The position numbers and the translations under genes were made by a program. Below, in pieces: positions 35,481 to 44,300 of a stretch of DNA of 58,872 nt (within the stretch, counting starts at the first letter, position 1; each line of letters begins with the position of its first letter). The notes beneath the pieces were generated by a model. That model did not search any database. It was not told the origin of the DNA and saw only the letters and a list, made by a program, of their open reading frames with translations. Source of the DNA: a virus (lineage: Duplodnaviria; Caudoviricetes); the IMG/VR virus record IMGVR_UViG_3300032896_000005, positions 1 to 58,872 of that record, one strand, 5' to 3'.

Positions 35481-36483
35481 ATGACCACACCTGTGGTTCC
35501 TGTCGGATTGAGTCCGTATATCTCCCCTTTGACTCTGCAGCAAGCACCGACAGGTATATTAAATAGATTTCACGACGATCCCCGCGACGAGTTCCATCTC
35601 GTTCGACCCTGCGGCGAATAACGCCGAGTTGTGGAACATGTGCGGCCGGGCGACGTCCATGGTCGATCAGTTCTGCAATCAGCTGCTCCGCGCGACGATT
35701 GACGTTGAGGTGATGCGGGGACCTGATTTCCGGGTGACGGTCGGCCCGCAGGCTGGGGGGCAGTCGCAGACTCCCTATTGGGGGAACGCGGGGTCGAACG
35801 CCCGGCTGATCATGTCCCGGTGGCCGGTGCTGGCGGTGAACAGCGTCGCGGTGTGCCCTAACAACCTGTGGCCGAGGTCATGGTCGACGATCCCCACGGG
35901 TTACGCGGAGCCGGAGCTGCCCCCCTACGGGATTTACAATTCGGTGGCCCCCGCTGATGACGCGTACGGGGGGCAGGCGGTTATCGTCGCGCCGGGGTAC
36001 ATTAACCGGAATTACGGGCGTAACGGGTATGTCATTCAAGTGACTTACATGAATGGGTGGCCGCATACGACGTTGACGGAGCCGGCGACGGCGGGGACGA
36101 CCACGTTGAGTGTGACGGACACGACGGGGTGGGCTCTGACTGATTACGCGGGGGTGATCACGGGGGCTACGGGGACGATCCGGGATGCGGGGCAGCAGGA
36201 GGTCGCGCATTGCAGCAGCGCGTCGACTACCTCCGGCCCGGGGACGCTCACGTTGAGTTCCCCCACGACGTATCAGCATGAGACCGGGACGGTTTTCACT
36301 ACTTTGCCGGCGGCGGTGGAGCAGGCGTGTATTTTGTTCTGCTGCGCGCAGGCTCTGGTGCGTGGCGCGACTTCAACGACGATTCATTCGATTGGGGGTC
36401 ATGCGGCTTCGTCGGGGATGGACATTGTTGATCTGAACACTGAAGCCGAGGTGCTTTTGCATCCCTTTAAACGGACTATCTGA
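35481..36483 (+). CDS. Putative head-tail adaptor protein, with a frame break at 35556-35565
   Basis: SD GGAGGTG + ATG 35481 (MTTP...APTGI) joins the +1 frame (DFTTIP...RATSMVDQFCNQ...LPAAVEQAC...LLHPFKR). Confidence 0.75.
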
Positions 36484-36992
36484 TGGCGAAGAAGAAGCAT
36501 CATGAGTCGGCTGCGCATATCGCGGCCCGGAAACGACGGGAGGCGCAGCGGCGTGCTTTGCGTGAGGCGGAGCGTAAGAAGCTCCGGGCGGCGCGTGAGG
36601 CGGCCAGGAGACGACGGGATGCTATCCGGAGAGCGGACCGTGAGGCGGCTCGTCGTCGTCGCCGGGCGATTGAGAAGGTGCTGCGGGAGGAAGCGCGTCT
36701 GCGGCGGGATGAGCTGCGTCGGCTGGCGCGTGAATTGGCGCGGGAGAAACGGGACGCGGAACGGAGATTGCTCCGGGCTCAGGCGCGTGCTCTGCTGCGG
36801 CAGAAATATCTGACCCGGATGGTTTTGTCTGCGAACGGCACGTGGGTGTGGACGCGGGTTTCGGGGCCTTCTTATAACCAGCTGTCGCGGGCGGTGGCTG
36901 GGCAGAAGGCTTATTATCCGAGTTACGCGCGGAGGAATCTGAGTAGTTCCAAGGCGCAGAAGGCGTGGCCTTCCTGGTCGTCTTCGTCCTAA
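36483..36992 (+). CDS. Arg/Ala/Glu-rich highly charged helical protein
   Basis: TGATG coupling; ~90 aa of R/E/A helix. Confidence 0.65.
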   Translation: MAKKKHHESAAHIAARKRREAQRRALREAERKKLRAAREAARRRRDAIRRADREAARRRRRAIEKVLREEARLRRDELRRLARELAREKRDAERRLLRAQARALLRQKYLTRMVLSANGTWVWTRVSGPSYNQLSRAVAGQKAYYPSYARRNLSSSKAQKAWPSWSSSS

Positions 36993-37021
36993 TGGACTTT
37001 CCCCCGTAAAAATGATATAAA
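36993..37021 (+). promoter_or_regulatory. Sigma70-type promoter for the tail genes
   Basis: TGGACT-N17-TATAAA with TGn extension. Confidence 0.55.
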
Positions 37022-37039
37022 TCTGAGGAGAGTATTTTC

Positions 37040-37558
37040 ATGCCGATTGTGACTGTGCAGTCGTATCTTCTCAGTCTCCTCGATCAGCTTCCCCTCCCTT
37101 ACGGGATGCCGAACGCGAACGCTTTCATCACCCCCCCCGACCCGTATGTGCAAGCCCGTGTCCCGGCTATTTACATTTGGCCGTCGGACGGTGAGGAGAA
37201 CCGGTCGTCGGAGCTGGGGGGGACTGTCCCGAGGAACTCCGGGGTGGGTACCCCTTCGGGGACGAAGGGGATGCTGCACCGGGTTGATATTTACATTACG
37301 TGGACAGGCGCGGTGAATTCAGGGTCGCAGCAGGACCCTTATTTCCCTGCGGTTGTTGATGCGGTGATGTTCGCTTTGCGGTTCGCTCAGCCGAACCCGG
37401 CGTATTTGACGGACCCTAACACTAATTTGACTTCGACGGTTTACAATACCGGCGAGACGCAGCGCTATCGTCTGGGTGTGGAAGCTTTGGATGATGAGCG
37501 GTTTTTGCGGTATGACACGCTCCTGACTGTGAGCGTGTGGGAAATTATGAACGCGTAA
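37040..37558 (+). CDS. Putative tail terminator/completion protein
   Basis: Size and position immediately before the tail tube; SD GAGGAG. Confidence 0.6.
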   Translation: MPIVTVQSYLLSLLDQLPLPYGMPNANAFITPPDPYVQARVPAIYIWPSDGEENRSSELGGTVPRNSGVGTPSGTKGMLHRVDIYITWTGAVNSGSQQDPYFPAVVDAVMFALRFAQPNPAYLTDPNTNLTSTVYNTGETQRYRLGVEALDDERFLRYDTLLTVSVWEIMNA

Positions 37559-37567
37559 AGGAGATGT

Positions 37568-38923
37568 GTGGCGCTTGGCGGGCCTAACATTTATCCGAGC
37601 GTACTCAGCTGGCTGGGTATCGCTCGGGAACTGACGGGTGGCGTCCCGGTTCTCCCGACGTACACTCAGCCTTTGGATCAGGGTTCCTTTGAGCCTGAGG
37701 ACACCCCTAAGTTCCTTCAGGACAAGGCTATCCGTGGTGCGATGACGGACTTGTTCTACGAGACGCTCGGGGTTGAGTCCGCGACGTTCTCGTTCGGCGG
37801 CCCTAACTTCCTCGACACTCACGGGTATTTCTTCGATAACGTCTTCGGGGACCTTTCAACGACGTCGGCGTCTCTGGCGACTCCGGGTACGGCGGCTTCC
37901 GCGCTGGCGGTGGGGGCTATCGCGGCGACGCTCGCGAGCGCTATCCCCGTCGGGTGGACGGTCGGGACTGCGTTGCAGCTCGGCACCGCCGCTACAAGCA
38001 ACACCCCGGGCTGCTATTCGAATGAGGTTGTGATCGTCAGCAGCACCACCCCGGCGTCTGTCGTCACGTTCGCTAACACTCCTTTGCGGTTCACCCACTC
38101 GACCAGCCTTGTCGCCGGGTCGCAGGTGTTCAATATCGCGACCGGCCCTTACACGCATCGTTTCGCGGCTTTGAACTCGCAGCTGGGGTACGGGGGGGCG
38201 TTCGGCGCTCAGCCGCCTACGCATACGTTCACTGATGTCACGAACATTGTTAACACGTTCACGAACAGCACTTACGGGACGTCCCCGACTAACACGTACG
38301 GCGCTCGGTACTATCCGTTCTCCTGCTTGAAGAACATTGATTTCGCGGGGAACGCTGAGCAGCTCCTCGGGATCAAGATGGCGGGGGATTCGTGGTTGTC
38401 GGTGCCGTGGCCGTCTGGGTCTTCCCCGACGTTGAACGTCACGGGAGCACGGCCGATTCCTAACTGGAACTCGACGGTTACAACGGTCGGCCCTTCAGGG
38501 CAGACGATCGCGACGGACGTCGGGGAGTTCTCCGTCAGCTTTAAGCGGCAGACGCAGGTGTACTGGACGGTTCAGGGCAGCCAGACTCCGTTCGTCATCG
38601 CCCGTGGTCCTTTGACGATGGACGGGACTATCCAGTATGACCCGACGAATAATGAGTTCCCTCTGGATTACATGCTGTTGAACGCGCAGGCTCCGATGAC
38701 GATCACCTGCTCGAACACGGGGATCCCGAACTCCGGGTCTGCTTTCACGTTGACGTTCACTGGGTCTCAGGTTGCGAACATTAAGTCGAAGATTATGCGG
38801 TCGAAGGCTCTCATCGGGTACGGGAACACGTTCGAAGGTGTAGCGAACAGTGTTGACATCGGCGGCTCCGGTGGTCTCGGCCCGGGGACTATCACTTTGG
38901 TCAACGGGATCCCCACCTATTAA
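37568..38923 (+). CDS. Major tail tube protein
   Basis: WLGIARE...G.P N-terminus; precedes the frameshifting chaperone pair; S/T-rich insertion. Confidence 0.78.
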   Translation: MALGGPNIYPSVLSWLGIARELTGGVPVLPTYTQPLDQGSFEPEDTPKFLQDKAIRGAMTDLFYETLGVESATFSFGGPNFLDTHGYFFDNVFGDLSTTSASLATPGTAASALAVGAIAATLASAIPVGWTVGTALQLGTAATSNTPGCYSNEVVIVSSTTPASVVTFANTPLRFTHSTSLVAGSQVFNIATGPYTHRFAALNSQLGYGGAFGAQPPTHTFTDVTNIVNTFTNSTYGTSPTNTYGARYYPFSCLKNIDFAGNAEQLLGIKMAGDSWLSVPWPSGSSPTLNVTGARPIPNWNSTVTTVGPSGQTIATDVGEFSVSFKRQTQVYWTVQGSQTPFVIARGPLTMDGTIQYDPTNNEFPLDYMLLNAQAPMTITCSNTGIPNSGSAFTLTFTGSQVANIKSKIMRSKALIGYGNTFEGVANSVDIGGSGGLGPGTITLVNGIPTY

Positions 38924-38970
38924 GGCGGGTTTACGTTTTGTCGAATACCAGGAAGGCTAAAGGGAAGCTA

Positions 38971-39611
38971 ATGGCTCGTGTTGAGCTGCCGTCAGGCGGC
39001 TGGGTTGAATACCGGGATCAGTTGAAGGCGATTGACCGGTTCGCTGTTCAGGATGCGGTGTTCCTTGAAGTGAAGGATGGTGTTAACCGGGCGGCGTTGG
39101 GGTTCGCGAATGATATCCGGAACGCCCTCCTGGGGCGGATCATCACCAGCTGGTCGTTCGGGACCCCGACGCCGGCTGACGCGAAGGACGTCGCGGCTGC
39201 TGATGTGGTTATCGGGAACGCTATGGACCTTGATGATTACAATGCTCTCGCGGATGCGGTTCAGCCGCTGGTGGATAAGGTTTCCGGGACGGTTAAGAAG
39301 GATAAAGCAGACCCAAAAAAGCTTTCCGGCAGCTGAGGGATGTTTTCATCTGGAAGCATATGATCAGCTCATCGGCGTGGGCTGATCATATTCAGGATGA
39401 CCCTGAGTTCAGGCAGCCTCCGTTCCCTGACGGGTTCCCGATGAAGATTCTTGTGTACGGGTATTTTGAGCGGAACTGGAATTGGCATCCACGTCAGGTG
39501 GATGAGCTTACACTGGAAGAGTTGGAGTGGCTTCCTGTTTATGATGATGCGGTTGGTGAGGCTGCTGAGTTCGTGCGGAAGCAGAGCCGGTTTCAGGACA
39601 GAAGAGAGTAG
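38971..39611 (+). CDS. Tail assembly chaperone G (to 39336) and G-T fusion via -1 frameshift
   Basis: A_AAA_AAG slippery heptamer at 39315-39321; -1 frame open to 39611. Confidence 0.85.
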
Positions 39612-39624
39612 CGTGATCGTGTAA

Positions 39625-40785
39625 ATGGCAAGGATCCTTTTTCATAGCTGCGCGCCTTGGGCTTGCTCGGGGTACGGGGTTGAGACTGCGATTTGGACGC
39701 AGGAACTTCAAAGGCTGGGGCATGAGGTTATCATCTCCACCTACTGGGGTATCCAGGGTGGCGCGACGATGTGGAACGGGATGACGATCCTCCCGGGGTA
39801 CGGCCCTAACTATTGTTCCACTTCCCTGTATCAGCATGCTAAGGCGTACAACCCGGATTTGATCATCACGTTGGGTGATGTGTGGGTGATGAACGCGGAT
39901 CTCCTGCGGGAGCTGCCGGTTGCGCATTGGCTTCCGTCTGATTGCCGGCCGATGTCTTTGGCGGACCGGGGGGTGGTTGACAGTTCGGGTGCTCAGCTGA
40001 TCGCGATGAGCGAGTTCGGGTTGGAGCGGTTCAAACGGGCTGGTTTTGATCCGGTGTATGTTCCTCATGCGATCGACACGGATGTGTTCCGGCCGTTGCC
40101 GAATCGGGGGGAGCTGCGTGAGGCGGCGGGGTTGCCGGAGGGCATGTTCGTGGTGGGGGTCAACCAGGCGAATAATGATGCGATCCGGAAGGCTTTGCCT
40201 GAGCAGATGCTGGCGTTCGCGAAGTTCGCTGAACAGCATCCTGGTGAGGTGATGCTGACGTTGCACACGGGGGTGCATCAGGAGGGCGGGCAGGATCTGG
40301 AGGCCGTCGCGGAGAACCTCGGGATTGTTGATTTGATCCGGATTGTGGATCAGTACCGGTACACGGCGGGGATGATCAGCCAGCCGGATTTGAATGAATG
40401 GTACAACGTTATTGATGTTTTGTCGCAGACGGTGTACGCGGAGGGTTTCGGGTTGCCGGTGATGGAGGCGCAGGCGGCGGGGACCCCGGTTATCACCACG
40501 GATGCGTCGTCGATGACGGAGATTAACCCTCATGGTATCCGGGTGGGGGGGCAGCCTTTCTGGAACGGGGTGCATAAGGGCTGGTGGGTTTCCCCGTCTG
40601 TGAGTGAGATCGCGGATGCTTATGAGCGGGCGTTCCAGGAGCGCGGGAATGTTGATTCCGGGAAACTCCGCAGGTTCGCTCGGGAATACTCGATTGACAG
40701 GGTTTCGGTGGAGTTCATGCAGCCGGCGGTTGAAACTCTCATCAAGAGGGTTGCGCATAAGGTGTCCAGGCCGTCGGAAGGTTAA
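39625..40785 (+). CDS. GT4-family (GT-B) glycosyltransferase
   Basis: SGYG, PHAID...F.P, RK, EGFGLPVMEAQAAGTPVI (ExFG...E). Confidence 0.9.
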   Translation: MARILFHSCAPWACSGYGVETAIWTQELQRLGHEVIISTYWGIQGGATMWNGMTILPGYGPNYCSTSLYQHAKAYNPDLIITLGDVWVMNADLLRELPVAHWLPSDCRPMSLADRGVVDSSGAQLIAMSEFGLERFKRAGFDPVYVPHAIDTDVFRPLPNRGELREAAGLPEGMFVVGVNQANNDAIRKALPEQMLAFAKFAEQHPGEVMLTLHTGVHQEGGQDLEAVAENLGIVDLIRIVDQYRYTAGMISQPDLNEWYNVIDVLSQTVYAEGFGLPVMEAQAAGTPVITTDASSMTEINPHGIRVGGQPFWNGVHKGWWVSPSVSEIADAYERAFQERGNVDSGKLRRFAREYSIDRVSVEFMQPAVETLIKRVAHKVSRPSEG

Positions 40786-40804
40786 CTGGTGAGGGGTGCG
40801 CGGG

Positions 40805-41290
40805 ATGGATTTGGGTGATCTCCCCGCGTATCTGAAGGCGTTGCAGGACGCCGCCGCGTCGGCGGTTGTCCCCGCTGCGAACGCGATGGCGGGGCAGGTG
40901 CAGGATCGGGTTCAGGCGCTTCTGCGGGAAACGTCGCATCCTCCGTTCACGTTCTTCAAGGCGGTCGCGGGTCGTCCCCCCGCTTATGCGTCGGGGAACC
41001 TTTCCCGGTCGGTTACGTTGACGCCTGCGTACGGGGCGGTGCGGGCGACTGCGGGTGTGGGGTCGCATTTGCGGTACAGCGCGTTGCAGGAGTTCGGCGG
41101 GTCCACTTGGCCGAATAACAGCCCTTGGATGCATTGGCGTAACCCGCATCCGTGGTGGAAGAGACGGGTGACTGTGCCTGAGCACCCGTATATGCGTCCT
41201 GCTGTGGAGCAGTGCATTTCCGATGGCAGTTTGACGCGTGTGAGTATGGATGCTTTTTATGACCGTATCCGTCCGTTCCTTAACAGGTGA
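40805..41290 (+). CDS. HK97 gp10-like neck/tail completion protein
   Basis: PP...SGNLSRS, Y...QEFG, HPYMRPA. Confidence 0.8.
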   Translation: MDLGDLPAYLKALQDAAASAVVPAANAMAGQVQDRVQALLRETSHPPFTFFKAVAGRPPAYASGNLSRSVTLTPAYGAVRATAGVGSHLRYSALQEFGGSTWPNNSPWMHWRNPHPWWKRRVTVPEHPYMRPAVEQCISDGSLTRVSMDAFYDRIRPFLNR

Positions 41291-41320
41291 CGGACGGTAC
41301 GGTCATTTTTCTTTTTCTTT
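41259..41320 (+). terminator. Intrinsic terminator overlapping the 3' end of the gp10-like gene
   Basis: ATGACCGTA(T)CCGTCCGT / ACGGACGGTACGGTCAT followed by TTTTCTTTTTCTTT. Confidence 0.75.
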
Positions 41321-41337
41321 GATTGGAGGTGGTCAGC

Positions 41338-44300
41338 GTGCCTGAGCTTCCCGGCGTATCAGAGGATTTCACCGCTGACGCCTCCGGTTACCTGGCAGCC
41401 ATTCAGCTGATGATTGATCGGACGAAAGATCTGATCGATGAGGTGAACCTGCTTCACGCTGCGATTGACGCTCTCCCTGATGTGAAGCAGGTTGAGATTG
41501 ACATCGCGGGTACCGCGATGGAGAGCATCGCGGCGATTAAGGAGGAGCTGGACTCTCTTGATAACCGCACGCTTGTCGTTAATGTCATCTACCGGAATAT
41601 CGGGGGGCCGGATAACGTCGCGGCTCGTGAGACCATCGATGAGACTGTTGATCTCACGGGGGGTGGGTCTGATCAGATCAGGGAGGACATTGACAGTCTT
41701 GACGAGATGACGCAGGCGGCGGATGAGAACGCTTCCGCGACTGATCTGATGTCGGCGGCGCAGGAGATCCTCGGGAATGTTCTGCGGGATAACTCTTTGA
41801 ATGCGCAGCAGCAGGCTGCTGCTTTGAAGAACGTCACGGCTGCGATGCGGGAAGCTCGCCTTGAAACAGCTGATGCTGTCGCTGCCGAGCAGAGTTTGAC
41901 TGCCTCCGCTGAGGAAGAGGCGACGGCGTTTTACGATAACCTCGCGTCGATCCACGGGCAGATCGAGGCGTTGGGGGAGCAGTCTGACGTTTCGGAGTTG
42001 AGCGCCGCCGCGATGGAAAGGGAGGCTCTCGCCGCTTACAACATGGAGCAGGCTCTCCGGTCGGCGCGGGCTGAGATCACGGATATCATCACGGCGGAGA
42101 ATGCGTACCGTGATTCTCTCGGGGAAGTGAATGAGGCGGAGGAGCAGGCTGCTGTTGATCAGATTGAGATGGCGAATTATCAGGAGCAGATAATTCAGAA
42201 GGCTGACAGCGCGACGGCTGCCATTCGGGAGCAGGCGGCTGCGCTGGAAGCGCTTGAAGCTGATTTGGGTGATGCTTCGGGGGCCGCCGAACGGTCTGCG
42301 GGGATCACCTTGTCCATGGTTAACGCTGACAAGCTTCTCGCGGCGACTGATCTTCTTCTCTCGCAGGCGAGTGACGCGTTGGCGTTGAAAGCTGGGGATG
42401 TCACTAATAACACGGATTTGATGGCTGACGCGGTTGTGAGAGCCGCCGGGGCTGTTATGGGGGGGCATGACGCTCTTGCTGTGATGACGTCGACGGCGGA
42501 GCAGGCGGCGACGGACACCGGCAACACGGGTCTCGCGATGCTGGCGTTGGCGTCCGCCGCGAAGAAGATGGGTGACAACGTAGGCGGTGTCACGATCCCG
42601 TTGGGTGCCGCCGCGTTCGGGATCACCGGCCTTGGCACTGCTATCCATCTGATCGTGATGGGGGTTTTCGAGTTCTCAGCTGTTTTCATCCCCGCGATGT
42701 TCGCTGCTGCAGCCGCCGCCTCCGTTCTGAATCAGGGGGCGATGGATGTTTACGATGGCCTGAAGGGGATGGAGATCGCGGGGGAGGCCCTCGGTCCTGT
42801 TTTCGGGAAAACTCAGGGTGACATGCTCGGCCTTGGGCATTCTCTGCAGGTCGCGCAGAACGCCGCTGACCCGGATGCTTATGAGCTGCTGGGTGAGGCG
42901 ATCATCGGGGTGAATGACGCGACCGGGAATCTTAATGATCAGCTGGGTGCCGTCACGCACACCTCCGGGACCGCCTCGGGTGGTATCAGCTCGTTCGGGC
43001 AGATGGGGTTGGCTGTCGGTAATATTCTTGAGAAGTTCGCCGCTGATATTGACATTGACTTGTCGACGGGGATGAAGCAGTTCACCGGGTTGCTTTCTGA
43101 TGGTGTTCAGGATCTAGTTGAGTTCGGGCAGATCCTCGGGAACATCGGCCATGCGATCTTGAATCTCGCGTCGGCGATGCCGGGGCTCGCTGAGATCATC
43201 CTGAAGCTGATCGACGGGTTCAGTGACCTGATCAAGATCATCTCTGAGCTGCCGCCGATGTTCCTCACTGTCATTTTCGGCATTGAGGAGGCGTACCGGT
43301 GGTCCGGTTTGCTGGTGGGTATTTTCGGTTTGGTCGGGCGGGCTATCGCTCTCGTCGGGACGCTCGGTATTCCCGTGTTCGCGAAGATCGGGATGAACTT
43401 CGGGGCGATGGTCGCGAATATCATCACCGGCGTCGCGGATATGGTTATCAATTTCGTCGCGATGGGGGAGAGGATCGGGGTTTTCGACGCGGACGTCGAC
43501 AGGGTGGCGACTGGTTTCGTCGGCGCTCTTGGGAATGCCGCTAGCTTCATGTCGGGGCCGTGGGGTGCGGCTGTCGGGTTGGGGGTGCTCGGGTTCGCCG
43601 CTCTTGCTGTGTGGGCGTTGCGGTCTACTGACGCGACGCAGCAGTTCATCGCGTCGACGCAGAAGGCTGTGCAGGCTGCGACGAACTTGGAGGCGTTGAA
43701 CGTCATCGGGCAGCAGCTTTCTGAGAACACCGCGAAGATCTCGCAGGCGCAGACTCAGCTTAATCAGGCTCTTACTTTCACGGTGGGCAGCAGCGCCGGG
43801 GTGGAGTCCCGTTATGTGGGGCAGAGTCAGGCTGTCACCCAGCTGCGGGGGAACATTCAGATCCTGACGGATAACCAGCAGCAGCTTTACCAGCAGTCCA
43901 CGAATGTTATTTCCGGGGCGGAGCAGATCAGTAAGGCGTACGGGGTTAGTTTCGTCGCGGCGTTGGGGATGGCTGACGCAGCGAACGTGAAGCTGGTTAA
44001 CGGGATCAGCGGGAATTCGAAGGCTGCGGAGGAAGCGCGGATTCAGATTCAGGGGCTTGTGCAGGGTTACGAGTCGATGAACCAGTCGGGGAGCGCCTTG
44101 TCGAACAGCATGGAAGCTGTTTCCGTGGAGGCGCAGATTCAGGGGTCGAAGGTTTCCCAGTTGAATTCTGCGTGGGATTCGTTCATGAGCATGGCGACGA
44201 GCCTTACGGGGTCTTTCAGCCAGATTAACCTTGATTTGACGCAGATGGGGAATATCGCCCCTGCTGTCGGGGACAAGATTCAGGCGTTCAAAGGCGCGAC

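Noticed and set aside
35556-35566. Interpretation of the frame breaks as group I or II introns
   Set aside because: Inserts of 4-16 nt cannot form a ribozyme core, and no intron consensus is nearby.
39315-39321. -1 slippery site in the tail chaperone
   Set aside because: Real but canonical for long-tailed phages, so listed as a feature only.
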